In this document: in pieces, positions 36,046 through 45,314 of the stretch
Layout of the letters: every line of letters begins with the position of its first letter
Position numbering within the stretch: the stretch's first letter is position 1
Assembly (NCBI GenBank): GCA_050733215.1
Contig: JBOHSN010000007.1
Location: 3,034 to 67,033, forward strand
Direction of reading: 5' to 3'
DNA length: 64,000 nt
Origin: Gemmatimonadales bacterium
GTDB taxonomy: Bacteria > Gemmatimonadota > Gemmatimonadetes > Gemmatimonadales > GWC2-71-9
Notes under the pieces: generated by a model
Seen by the model: only the letters and a program-made list of their open reading frames with translations
Databases searched by the model: none
What the model was told of the DNA's origin: nothing
Translations under genes and position numbers: made by a program

Positions 36046-36666
36046 TCAGTCTCCGTCGGCCGGCAGAGCCGGCCTCGTCTCGTGCCACGTCTGATAGGCC
36101 GTCGGCTGCTCGGGACGCTCGAGCGGCGGCTCGCGGAGCGGCTCACAGGGCCGGAGCGAGCCCCGCAGCCGCTCGGGCAGCGACTGGTAGAGCCGGGTGC
36201 CCGCGGTCTTCCAGTCGAGCATGGCGTCCGACACCTCCTTCAGCACTCGGGCCGGATTCCCGGCGACGACGGTGCGCGGCGGGATGATCATGTCGGCCGG
36301 GACGAAGCTCAGCGCGCCCACCATCGATTCGGCGCCCACCACCGCCCGATCCATCACTACCGCGTTCATGCCCACCAGCGCGTTCCGGCCGATCCGGGCC
36401 CCGTGGATCACCGCCCCGTGCCCGATGTGCGCGCCGGCCTCGAGCACGACGGTCACGCCGGGGAACATATGAATGGTGCAGTTCTCCTGGACGTTGCAGC
36501 CGTCCTCGATGACCACGCCGCCCCAGTCGCCGCGAATTGCCGCACCCGGTCCGACGTACACCTCCCGCCCGATCACGACGTTGCCGGTCACCGTGGCATT
36601 GGGATGGATGAACGCGGATTCATGGACCACCGGGATGAAACCCTCGAAGGCGAAGACGTTGGTCAC
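36046..36666 (-). CDS. paaY: Hexapeptide-repeat protein PaaY
   Basis: 206 aa. Close resemblance to E. coli PaaY (IHPNATVTG.V.IG..VYVGP.A..RGD..., LVGMNAVVMD.AV.G). Confidence 0.85.
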   Translation of the reverse strand: MTNVFAFEGFIPVVHESAFIHPNATVTGNVVIGREVYVGPGAAIRGDWGGVVIEDGCNVQENCTIHMFPGVTVVLEAGAHIGHGAVIHGARIGRNALVGMNAVVMDRAVVGAESMVGALSFVPADMIIPPRTVVAGNPARVLKEVSDAMLDWKTAGTRLYQSLPERLRGSLRPCEPLREPPLERPEQPTAYQTWHETRPALPADGD

Positions 36667-36672
36667 CGAGCT

Positions 36673-37890
36673 TCACACCCGGGCGATGATGGTCGCCATG
36701 CCCTGCCCCACGCCGACGCACATCGTGCAGAGGGCGTACCCCTTGCCGGTCTCCTTGAGCTCGTGCGCCGCGGTGAGCAGCAGCCGCGCACCGGACATGC
36801 CGAGCGGGTGACCCAGGGCGATGGCGCCGCCGTTGGGATTAAGTCGGGGATCCCGGTCGTCGAGACCGAGCTGCCGGGTGCAGGCGAGCACCTGAGTCGC
36901 GAAGGCTTCATTGAGCTCGATGACATCCAGGTCGGGGAGGGTGAGCCTGGTCTTCGCCAGGAGCTTCCGCGTCGCGGGAACCGGTCCGAGTCCCATGGTC
37001 CGGGGCTCTACGCCCGCGACCGCGGTCGCGACGATGCGGGCCAGCGGGGTGAGGCCGTAGTCGTGCACGGCGCGCTCCGAGGCCAGCAGCAACGCGCAGG
37101 CGCCGTCGTTGATCCCCGACGAGTTGCCGGCGGTCACGCTTCCCTCGCCGTCGGTCCGGAACGCCGGCTTGAGCTTGCTGAGCCCCTCCAGGCTCGAGTC
37201 CGGACGCGGGAACTCGTCTTGCGCGAAGATACGGGCAGGCTCGCCCCGGGAGGCTCCGGGCACCGGGACGGACACGATCTCGGGCTGGAAGCGGCAGCGT
37301 TTCTGGCTGGCAGCAGTCTTCTGCTGCGACCACAGAGCGAACCCGTCCTGGTCTGCCCGGTTGATGCGGAGCTCCGTCGCCACATGCTCCGCGGTCTGTC
37401 CCATGGAATCCACGCCGTAGAGCTCGCGCATCCGGTGATTCACGAAGCGCCAGCCCATGCTGGTGTCGAACAGCTCCGCGTTGCGGGCGAAGGCCTGACT
37501 CGATTTGGACAGTACGTAGGGCGCGCGGGTCATTTGCTCGACGCCGCCGGCGATATAGAGGTCGCCGTCGCCCTGGCGCACGGCGCGGCTCGCGTTCGCC
37601 ACCGCGCTCATGCCGCTGGCGCACAGCCGATTGACCGTCTCGCCCGGCACCGAGACCGGCAGCCCGGCGAGAAGCAGCGCCATCCGGGCGACGTTGCGGT
37701 TGTCTTCGCCCGCCTGGTTGGCGCACCCCAGCACCACGTCGGCGATACGCTCCCGGTCCAGACCCGGGTGACGCTCGAGCAGCTTGGCGATGACGTGCGC
37801 CGCGAGATCGTCGGCCCGTACGTGAGCCAGACTCCCGCCAAAGCTGCCAATTGGCGTACGCACGCCGTCAACGAGAAATACAGGCTTCAT
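36673..37890 (-). CDS. paaJ: 3-oxoadipyl-CoA / 3-oxo-5,6-dehydrosuberyl-CoA thiolase
   Basis: 405 aa thiolase. VNRLCASGM, NEAFATQ, GGAIALGHPLGMSGAR, CVGVGQG. Confidence 0.9.
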   Translation of the reverse strand: MKPVFLVDGVRTPIGSFGGSLAHVRADDLAAHVIAKLLERHPGLDRERIADVVLGCANQAGEDNRNVARMALLLAGLPVSVPGETVNRLCASGMSAVANASRAVRQGDGDLYIAGGVEQMTRAPYVLSKSSQAFARNAELFDTSMGWRFVNHRMRELYGVDSMGQTAEHVATELRINRADQDGFALWSQQKTAASQKRCRFQPEIVSVPVPGASRGEPARIFAQDEFPRPDSSLEGLSKLKPAFRTDGEGSVTAGNSSGINDGACALLLASERAVHDYGLTPLARIVATAVAGVEPRTMGLGPVPATRKLLAKTRLTLPDLDVIELNEAFATQVLACTRQLGLDDRDPRLNPNGGAIALGHPLGMSGARLLLTAAHELKETGKGYALCTMCVGVGQGMATIIARV

Positions 37891-38015
37891 TGCCGCTCAC
37901 GCAGAAGGCCAACAACGACTTCAGAGCCACAGAAATGTAGATATATTGTTCACCCTTGTCAGGTTTCCGGACGAGCGCGGCGGCTACGCACCGCTCCGTC
38001 GCGAGAGGACCTCGG

Positions 38016-38801
38016 ATGACCTATCGGTTCATTCTGTTCGAGATCGATCAGGGCGTCGCGCGCATCACGTTGAACCGACCCGACGTCCTCAACAGCATCC
38101 ATACGGCGATGTCCGGCGAGCTCCAGGACGCCCTGGCCCGGACCGAGCGGGAGCGGGAGATCCGGGCCGTGCTCCTGACCGGGGCGGGACGCGGGTTCTG
38201 TGCCGGCCAGGACCTGGACGAAGTGCGACCTGGCGCGGCGGTAGATGATTTCGCGGCGCACGCGCGGAAGGTCTACACGCCGCTGGTGCGGGGGCTCCGC
38301 ACGCTCGAGAAGCCGGTGGTTTGTGCCGTGAACGGGGTCGCCGCCGGGGCCGGGGCCAATCTCGCCCTGGCGTGCGACCTGGTCCTGGCCGCAGAGGAAG
38401 CCTCGTTCGTCCAGGCGTTCGCGAAGATCGGCTTGGTGCCGGACACGGGCGGCAGCTTTTTTCTTCCGCGACTGGTGGGGCTCGCCCACGCGACCGCGCT
38501 TACGATGTTGGGCGAGAAAGTTACTGCGCGGCAGGCGGTGGAAATCGGGTTGATCTACCGGGCGTGTCCCGCCGCGACCCTTCAGGACGAAGCGTCGAAG
38601 CTCGCCATCCACCTGGCGACGCAACCGACGCTCGGCCTCGGATTCACCAAGCGGCTGCTGAACGCGGCCCTGATCAACGACCTCGATACCCAGCTCGAGC
38701 TCGAGGCCGATCTCCAGGGCGCAGCCGGGCGCACGGCGGACTACGCCGAGGGAGTGGCGGCCTTCCTCGCGAAGCGGAGGCCGGTGTTCACCGGACAATG
38801 A
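38016..38801 (+). CDS. paaG: 1,2-epoxyphenylacetyl-CoA isomerase (crotonase) PaaG
   Basis: ATG at 38016. Near-collinear motif match to E. coli PaaG (TGAGRGFCAGQDL, VCAVNGVAAGAGA, HLATQPT.GLG, DY.EGV.AFLAKR.P.FTG). Confidence 0.85.
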   Translation: MTYRFILFEIDQGVARITLNRPDVLNSIHTAMSGELQDALARTEREREIRAVLLTGAGRGFCAGQDLDEVRPGAAVDDFAAHARKVYTPLVRGLRTLEKPVVCAVNGVAAGAGANLALACDLVLAAEEASFVQAFAKIGLVPDTGGSFFLPRLVGLAHATALTMLGEKVTARQAVEIGLIYRACPAATLQDEASKLAIHLATQPTLGLGFTKRLLNAALINDLDTQLELEADLQGAAGRTADYAEGVAAFLAKRRPVFTGQ

Positions 38802-38804
38802 CCG

Positions 38805-39992
38805 GTGCGAGCCTCCGACTCAGAAACCGCTTCCGTGGGCGTACTCGGCGCGGGTACGATGGGCAGCGGCATCGCGCAGGTCGCCGCCGTCGCGGGACAC
38901 CGGGTCATCCTGCAGGATGTCGATGAGGCGGCCGTGGCCCGAGCGCGCGCCGGGATCGACAAGGCGCTCGCGCGGGACACCGAGAAGAACCGCTTGACAC
39001 CGTCGGCCGCCGAGGCGGCGCGGGGGCGCGTCCAGTATGTCGCGAGGGTCGAGCTGAGCGCGTTCGCGCCCTGCCAGCTCGTCATCGAGGCGATTGTCGA
39101 GCAGCTGGGGCCCAAGCGCGAGAGCTTCGCGGCGCTCGAACGGGTGGTCGCGCCGGAGGCGATGCTCGCGACCAACACCTCGGCCCTGTCGATCACGAGC
39201 ATCGCCGGCGCCTGCCAGCGTCCGGAGCGGGTGCTCGGTCTTCACTTCTTCAATCCCGCGCCCGTCATGCCCCTGGTCGAGGTCGTGCGAGGGCACGCGA
39301 CCTCCGAAGCCCTGATCGATACCGTCTGCACCATGGTCCAGCGCTGGGGCAAGACCACCGTGGTCGCCGCGGATACGCCAGGCTTCATCGTCAACCGGAT
39401 CGCCCGACCGTTTTACGGCGAGGCGCTCCGGATCCTGGACGAGGGCATCGCCGACTGCGCCACCATCGACTGGGCGATGCGGACCCTCGGCGGGTTCCGA
39501 ATGGGACCGTTCGAGCTGATGGACCTGATCGGCAACGACGTGAACTTCGCGGTGACGTCGGCAGTGTACGAGGGGTTCTTCTTCGATCCCCGCTACAAGC
39601 CCTCGCTCACCCAGCGGCGCCTGGTCGATGCCAACCTGCTCGGACGCAAGACCGGCCGGGGCTATTACGACTACCGTGACGGCGCGGTCCGGCCGGCGCC
39701 GAAGGAGGATGAGGTCCTCGGGCGTTCGATCCTGGACCGGATCCTGACGATGCTGATCAACGAGGCGGTAGACGCGGTCTTCTGGGGCGTGGCCACGCCG
39801 GCGGACATCGACATCGCGATGGTCAAGGGGGTCAACTACCCGAGAGGGCTCATCGCCTGGGCGGAGAACCTCGGGTATCGCGTCACGCTCGAGCGCCTGG
39901 AAGCCCTGCAGGCGGAATACGGGGAGGATCGCTACCGGCCGAGCCCGCTCCTCCGGCGGCTGGCCGCGTCCGGTGGAACGCTTCGCGGGTGA
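38805..39992 (+). CDS. paaH: 3-hydroxyacyl-CoA dehydrogenase PaaH
   Basis: GTG start. VGVLGAGTMGSGIA Rossmann motif. LHFFNPAPVMPLVEV, GFIVNR. Confidence 0.85.
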   Translation: MRASDSETASVGVLGAGTMGSGIAQVAAVAGHRVILQDVDEAAVARARAGIDKALARDTEKNRLTPSAAEAARGRVQYVARVELSAFAPCQLVIEAIVEQLGPKRESFAALERVVAPEAMLATNTSALSITSIAGACQRPERVLGLHFFNPAPVMPLVEVVRGHATSEALIDTVCTMVQRWGKTTVVAADTPGFIVNRIARPFYGEALRILDEGIADCATIDWAMRTLGGFRMGPFELMDLIGNDVNFAVTSAVYEGFFFDPRYKPSLTQRRLVDANLLGRKTGRGYYDYRDGAVRPAPKEDEVLGRSILDRILTMLINEAVDAVFWGVATPADIDIAMVKGVNYPRGLIAWAENLGYRVTLERLEALQAEYGEDRYRPSPLLRRLAASGGTLRG

Positions 39993-40444
39993 GCCCCTTG
40001 CCGGGTGACTTGGGGCAGCGTGCGGCCGCCGTCGTCCGCCACATGCTGGCGCACGACGCTTTCAGCCGATGGTTGGGCGTGGAGATCGCCGATCTGGGTC
40101 CGGCCCGGGTGACGCTGCGTATGGCAGTGCGCGAGGACATGATCAACGGATTTGGAGTGTGCCACGGCGGGGTGACGTTCGCCCTCGCCGACAGCGCGCT
40201 GGCCTTCGCCAGCAACACGGGAGGAAAGGTGACCGTCAGCATCGAGAACAGCATGACCTACCCCGCCACGGTTCGGGTCGGCGACGTGCTGCTGGCGGAT
40301 GCGGAGGAGGAGGCGAGCAGCCAGCGTTTGGCGTACTACCGGGTACGGGTCACCAAGGATGACGGCGCCGTGGTCGCACTCTTCCGGGGCACGGTGTTCC
40401 GCACCGACCGGGAGCACGACGTGGGGCGATATGGGAGTGAGTGA
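39989..40444 (+). CDS. paaI: Hot-dog thioesterase PaaI
   Basis: 151 aa. NGFGVCHGGVTFALADSA motif typical of PaaI. Confidence 0.85.
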   Translation: MSPLPGDLGQRAAAVVRHMLAHDAFSRWLGVEIADLGPARVTLRMAVREDMINGFGVCHGGVTFALADSALAFASNTGGKVTVSIENSMTYPATVRVGDVLLADAEEEASSQRLAYYRVRVTKDDGAVVALFRGTVFRTDREHDVGRYGSE

Positions 40445-42536
40445 AGCGAGCGCGCCGGGCACCGCCGGGGTCGGTCACCTGATCGACTGGAAGCGGGTGC
40501 TCTACTTCAGCCTCGCCTCGCGGGCGCTGGACCAGATCGAGGAGTCCCGCCTCGTCCCCGAGCAAAAGGTGCTGTACCAATTCTCGGCCCGGGGGCACGA
40601 GATGGCTCAGGTCATCCTGGGAAGCCTGTTGGACCATCCGCACGATGCCGTGAGCGCCTACTATCGGTCCAGACCGATCCTCCTCACGCTGGGCCTCTCG
40701 CTCGAGGACGCATTCGCCGGGCCGATGGGGAAGTCGGGCGGCTTCAGCAACGGGCGCGACATCGGTGTGGTCTGCAACCTGCCGAGGTCGGACGGCGCCA
40801 TCGTGCTCCCCATGTCTGGGGACGTCGGCTCCCAGTACACGCCGGCTGCCGGGTGGGCGCAGGGGGTTCTCTACCATCGTCACGTCCTGGGCGACCGCCG
40901 CTACGAGGGCTCGATCGCCGTCGTGCTGGGCGGCGAGGCTTCCGTCGCCACCAACGGGTTCTGGTCGGCGCTGACGATCGCCACGACGCTGACCCTGCCG
41001 CTGCTCTTCTATATCGAGGACAACGGCTACGGCATCTCCGTTCCGTCCAGCTTCCAGACTCCGGGCGGCGATATCGCGGCCAACCTCGCGTCGTTCCGAA
41101 ATCTCCTGGTGCGGAACGGCGACGGCTCCGAGCCCACCGAGGCCGCCCGGCTGCTCCAGGAGACGGTGGCCCACGTTCGGGCGGACAAGGGCCCCGCCCT
41201 GCTCCGGCTCGTCGTGCCGCGGTTGAGCGGGCACTCGGCGCAGGACACCCAGGCGTACAAAAGCAAGGAGCGCCTCGCGCAGGAGCAGGCCAGCGATCCG
41301 CTGCCCAAGCTGTATCGGTTCCTTCGGGCGGGTGTGCTCTCGGAGTCGGACATCGCGGCGATCGAGGCCCAGGTCACGGCGGACGTTGACGCGGGGCTCG
41401 CCGCCGCGCTGGCCCGGCCGGAGCCCGAGCCGTTCGGGGTGACCCGGTACGTCTACGCCCACACCCTGCCCGATGGAACCCCTGAGCTGCAACTCATCGG
41501 CGGGCTCGCGCCGGCGGGACATCGCTTTCCGCCGGGAAGCGAGGTGGCGCGACCCGAGCCGACCCGCATCAACCTGCTCACCGCCATCCGGCGGACGCTG
41601 GAGCACGAGCTTGCCACCAACCCCAAGATGCTGGTCTTCGGAGAGGATGTGGGCCCCAAGGGTGGCGTGCACGCTGCCACGATGGGGCTACAGACCGCGT
41701 TCGGCGAGCGGCGGGTGTTCGACACCAGCCTCTCGGAGGAGGGGATCGTCGGTCGCGCGGTCGGCCTGGCGCTCTGCGGCCTGCTGCCGGTGGCGGAGAT
41801 TCAGTTCCGGAAGTACGCCGACCCCGCCACCGAACAGCTCAACAACTGCGGCACGATCCGGTGGCGGACGCACAACCGCTTCGCTGCTCCCATCGTGGTG
41901 CGGCTGCCCGGTGGGTACGCGCCGAGATGCGGGGATCCATGGCACAGCGTCTGTGGCGAGGTGCAATGGGCGCACGCCACCGGATGGCAGGTCTGTGTCC
42001 CGTCGAATGCGGAGGACGCCGTGGGTCTGCTGCGCGCGGTTCTCCGGAGCAACAACCCGACGATCTTCTTCGAGCACCGGGCGCTGCTCGACGGGGCATC
42101 GGCTCGGCGGCCATATCCCGGGGACGACTTCGTGCTCCCGCTCGGCAAGGCCAAGGTCGTACTGGCTGGTGACCGGCTCACGGTGGTGACCTGGGGTGCC
42201 ATGCTGGAACGCTGCGAGCGGGCGGCGCGCGAGCTCGAGGGATCGATCGAGGTGCTCGACCTCCGCACCGTGGCGCCCTGGGACCGAGCCGCCGTGCTCG
42301 CCTCGGTCCGCAAGACCCGGCGCTGCCTGATCGTCCACGAAGACACGCTCACCGCCGGGTTCGGCGCGGAGATCGCCGCCGTGTTGGCGGAGGAGGCGTT
42401 CGTAAGCCTCGACGCGCCGGTCTCCCGGCTCGCGATTCCGGACGTCCCGACGCCACACAACGCCGGGCTGATGAATGCCGTGCTGCCCAGCGTCGAGGCG
42501 ATCGCGGCCAAGATGCGGGACCTGCTCGAGTTCTGA
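40431..42536 (+). CDS. Fused E1 alpha/beta subunit of a 2-oxoacid dehydrogenase complex
   Basis: ATG at 40431 (701 aa). TPP-binding alpha part (LGGEASVATNGFWSALTIA...IEDNGYGISV). Beta part (FGEDVGPKGGV..., FDTSLSEEGIVGRAVGLA). Confidence 0.85.
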   Translation: MGVSEASAPGTAGVGHLIDWKRVLYFSLASRALDQIEESRLVPEQKVLYQFSARGHEMAQVILGSLLDHPHDAVSAYYRSRPILLTLGLSLEDAFAGPMGKSGGFSNGRDIGVVCNLPRSDGAIVLPMSGDVGSQYTPAAGWAQGVLYHRHVLGDRRYEGSIAVVLGGEASVATNGFWSALTIATTLTLPLLFYIEDNGYGISVPSSFQTPGGDIAANLASFRNLLVRNGDGSEPTEAARLLQETVAHVRADKGPALLRLVVPRLSGHSAQDTQAYKSKERLAQEQASDPLPKLYRFLRAGVLSESDIAAIEAQVTADVDAGLAAALARPEPEPFGVTRYVYAHTLPDGTPELQLIGGLAPAGHRFPPGSEVARPEPTRINLLTAIRRTLEHELATNPKMLVFGEDVGPKGGVHAATMGLQTAFGERRVFDTSLSEEGIVGRAVGLALCGLLPVAEIQFRKYADPATEQLNNCGTIRWRTHNRFAAPIVVRLPGGYAPRCGDPWHSVCGEVQWAHATGWQVCVPSNAEDAVGLLRAVLRSNNPTIFFEHRALLDGASARRPYPGDDFVLPLGKAKVVLAGDRLTVVTWGAMLERCERAARELEGSIEVLDLRTVAPWDRAAVLASVRKTRRCLIVHEDTLTAGFGAEIAAVLAEEAFVSLDAPVSRLAIPDVPTPHNAGLMNAVLPSVEAIAAKMRDLLEF

Positions 42537-42550
42537 CCGAGGACCCCGGA

Positions 42551-43714
42551 ATGGCAGAGCTGATCGCGATCTCGGCCCCGGCCGACCAGGCAGAAGGGAC
42601 CGAGATGATCGTCGGAACCTGGTTCAAGAAGGTGGGCGACTCCGTTACCGAGAACGAGCCGCTGCTCGAGATCACCACCGATAAGGTGACCATGGAGGTC
42701 GCTGCGCCCGCTACGGGCATCCTACGCGAGATCCTCAAGTCGACGGAGCAGGCGCTCGAGCCGGGTGAGGTGCTGGGCCGGATCGAGGCGGGTGCGGCGG
42801 TGTTGGCCGCGCCCGCTCCGGCACGCGAGCCGGCCTCGACCGGCACGCCCGTGTCTCAAGCCGAGCTGACCCCGCCCGTCCGCCGCCTGCTGGCTGAGCA
42901 CGGATTGAACGCGGTTCAGATCACCGGCACGGGCCGAGGGGGGCGGATCACAGTGCAGGATGTCGAGGCCTATATCGCCTCGCGCGCGGGTGCCCCCGCC
43001 AAGGCCGAGCCGGGTGCCTTGCCGAGCCGACGGGTGCCCCACACAGCGATGCGCCGCAGCATTGCGCAGCACCTGACCCAGAGCGTCGCGGTGGCGCCGC
43101 ACGTCACCGCCGTCTTCGAAGCCGATCTCTCCGCAATCGTCGCCCACCGCGAGGCCCATCACGCCGCTTTCGAGGCGGACGGGGTCAAGCTCACCTACAC
43201 GGCCTACTTCGTCCGCGCCAGCGTCGCCGCGCTCCAGGCGGTGCCGGAAGTGAACAGCCGGTGGCACGACGACGCGCTGGAGCTGTTCGAGGACTGCAAC
43301 ATCGGGGTCGCCACTGCGCTCCCGCAGGGTGGCCTCATCGTGCCGGTCATCCATCGCGCCCAGGCGCTCGACCTGCGGGCCACCGCCAAGCGGCTGCAGG
43401 ATCTGACCCAGCGAGCCCGCAGCGGCACGCTCGCCCCGAGGGACGTGCAGCAGGGTACCTTCTCGATCTCGAATCACGGCGTGAGCGGCAGTCTCATCGC
43501 CGCGCCGATCATCATTCCGCAGCCGCAGTCAGCGATCCTGGGCGTCGGCAAGCTGGAGCGGCGACCGGTGGTGCGGGAGCGGGGCGGCGAGGCGACGGTG
43601 GAGCTGCGGCCGATGTGCTACGTGACGCTCACCATCGACCACCGAGCGCTCGATGGCTTTCAGGCGAACGCGTTCTTGACCCGATGGGTGGAGGAAATCG
43701 AGCGCTGGGCCTAG
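42551..43714 (+). CDS. Dihydrolipoamide acyltransferase (E2)
   Basis: Lipoyl domain EITTDKVTMEV. Subunit-binding domain PPVRRLLAEHGL..GTGRGGRITVQDV. Catalytic TIDHRALDG. Confidence 0.9.
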   Translation: MAELIAISAPADQAEGTEMIVGTWFKKVGDSVTENEPLLEITTDKVTMEVAAPATGILREILKSTEQALEPGEVLGRIEAGAAVLAAPAPAREPASTGTPVSQAELTPPVRRLLAEHGLNAVQITGTGRGGRITVQDVEAYIASRAGAPAKAEPGALPSRRVPHTAMRRSIAQHLTQSVAVAPHVTAVFEADLSAIVAHREAHHAAFEADGVKLTYTAYFVRASVAALQAVPEVNSRWHDDALELFEDCNIGVATALPQGGLIVPVIHRAQALDLRATAKRLQDLTQRARSGTLAPRDVQQGTFSISNHGVSGSLIAAPIIIPQPQSAILGVGKLERRPVVRERGGEATVELRPMCYVTLTIDHRALDGFQANAFLTRWVEEIERWA

Positions 43715-44220
43715 ATCGCCTTGAACTCCTCGAAGGGCTGGTGGCAGTGGTGGCAGTAGTGGATCGCTTTACAGGCGGTGGACCCGAACTCGCTCTTCCG
43801 TTCGGTGTTCGAGGAGCCGCAGTAGGGGCAGGCGGCGTGCCGGACCGCCGGACCGAGAGGAACGAGCGGCTGTTCGGCCGGGGCCCGGCCGGGTGGCGCG
43901 ATGCCGTAGGCCCTGAGCTTCGCTTTGGCGTCGTCGCTCAGCCAGTCGGTGGTCCACGCCGGCGAGTACACCGTGCGGAGCTCGACCCGGTCGTAGCCGC
44001 TCGCCTGGAGCGCGGTCACGATCTCGTGCTCGATCACACGCATCGCGGGACAGCCTGAGTAGGTCGGCGTCACGTCCACCGTCACCACCCCGTCGGGCCT
44101 CAGCTCCACCCTCCGAACGATCCCGAGGGCGACGATATCCAAGGCCGGAACCTCGGGATCCGGAATGCCGCGCAACACCTCGAGCAGGGCGGCCGTTTCA
44201 CCGCTGGCGCGACTCACCAC
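43711..44220 (-). CDS. paaD: Phenylacetyl-CoA epoxidase subunit PaaD
   Basis: 169 aa. TPTYSGCPAM and a C-terminal Cys cluster CPYCGS...HYCHHC. Confidence 0.85.
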   Translation of the reverse strand: MVSRASGETAALLEVLRGIPDPEVPALDIVALGIVRRVELRPDGVVTVDVTPTYSGCPAMRVIEHEIVTALQASGYDRVELRTVYSPAWTTDWLSDDAKAKLRAYGIAPPGRAPAEQPLVPLGPAVRHAACPYCGSSNTERKSEFGSTACKAIHYCHHCHQPFEEFKAI

Positions 44221-44960
44221 TTTGCCCCCGGGTGCGACCGCGCGAGGATTTGCATCTCGTCCAGCAGGTGGCCCAGGTGCTCGGTGTGCCGCCCCTGGCG
44301 TCCGCCGGAGTGCATGTACCCGTCGGCTGGGAGCGTGAGGGTCGCGCGGCGAACGACGTCACTCACGACTTCACGCCAGGCGGGCGCGAGCGCTGCCGGA
44401 TCGGGTGCAATTGCCTCGGCGAGCAGCCGATCCACCTCGTCGGCGGCGAAGAGCTCTCCCGTGTAAGGCCAGAGCTCGTCCACGGCCGTCTGCGTTCGCC
44501 GATGACTCTCCTCCGTGCCGTCCCCCAGCCGGAGCACCCACTCCCCGCTGTGGCGGACGTGATAGCGGGCCTCCTTGTGTGCCTTGGCCGCGATGCCGGC
44601 AAGCTCAGGGTGGGCCGCCTGCTGGAGCCCATCCAACAGCAGCACGCTCCAGGCATCGAAGAGAAACTGCCGCATGATGGTGCGGCCATAGTCGCCGTTG
44701 GGGAGCTCGGCCAGCTTGACGTTGCGATAGTCGATGGCGTCCCGGAAGTAGGCCAGGGCGTCCTCATCGCGCCCCTTCCCCTCGACCTGTCCGGCCAGCC
44801 GGAGAAAGTGCGTCGCTTGACCGATGAGGTCGAGCGCGATGTTGGCCAGCGCGATGTCCTCCTCAAGGACGGGGCCGTGGGCGCACCATTCGGACAGCCG
44901 GTGGCCCAGGACCAGGCGATCGTCGCCCAGCCGGAGGAGATACTCGAAGAGGCCGTCCAC
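44214..44960 (-). CDS. paaC: Phenylacetyl-CoA epoxidase subunit PaaC
   Basis: 248 aa. LGDDRLVLGHRLSEW and EEDIALANIALDLIGQA. Confidence 0.85.
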   Translation of the reverse strand: MDGLFEYLLRLGDDRLVLGHRLSEWCAHGPVLEEDIALANIALDLIGQATHFLRLAGQVEGKGRDEDALAYFRDAIDYRNVKLAELPNGDYGRTIMRQFLFDAWSVLLLDGLQQAAHPELAGIAAKAHKEARYHVRHSGEWVLRLGDGTEESHRRTQTAVDELWPYTGELFAADEVDRLLAEAIAPDPAALAPAWREVVSDVVRRATLTLPADGYMHSGGRQGRHTEHLGHLLDEMQILARSHPGAKW

Positions 44961-44975
44961 AGAAGACCCTGGCGC

Positions 44976-45287
44976 TTATACCCGGACGCCACGGGGCGTC
45001 CGATAGAACTGCGGGTGACGGTAGGGTTTGTCGTCGGCGGGATCGAAGAATGGGCCGCGCTCGCCCGGGCTCGACGCGACGATCGCCGCGCTCGGCACGA
45101 CCCAGATGCTCACCACCTCGCCCCGCCGTGCGTAGACGTCGCGGGCGTTTTGCAGTGCGAGCTCCGCGTCCGCCGCATGCACGCTCCCAGCGTGCTCGTG
45201 CGGCGCGCCGTCTTTCGCCTGGGTGAATACCTCCCAGAGCGGCCACTGGTCGCTGGAGATGTCGGACTCCTTGACTCCGGTGGCCAT
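44976..45287 (-). CDS. paaB: Phenylacetyl-CoA epoxidase subunit PaaB
   Basis: 103 aa. WPLWEVF...H.GSVHA.D...AL..ARDVY.RR pattern. Confidence 0.85.
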   Translation of the reverse strand: MATGVKESDISSDQWPLWEVFTQAKDGAPHEHAGSVHAADAELALQNARDVYARRGEVVSIWVVPSAAIVASSPGERGPFFDPADDKPYRHPQFYRTPRGVRV

Positions 45288-45314
45288 GCGTCCCAGTCCC
45301 TGGTCGCTCCGGCT

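Noticed and set aside
35383-38019. 878-aa plus-strand ORF; also 51009..53120 (-), 5916..7016 (-), 47591..48619 (-), 28000..28975 (-) and many similar
   Set aside because: All lie opposite strongly supported genes (paaZ/paaY/paaJ, the Moco subunit, spmA, tetR and others) and have low-complexity, Arg-rich translations with no recognisable domains.
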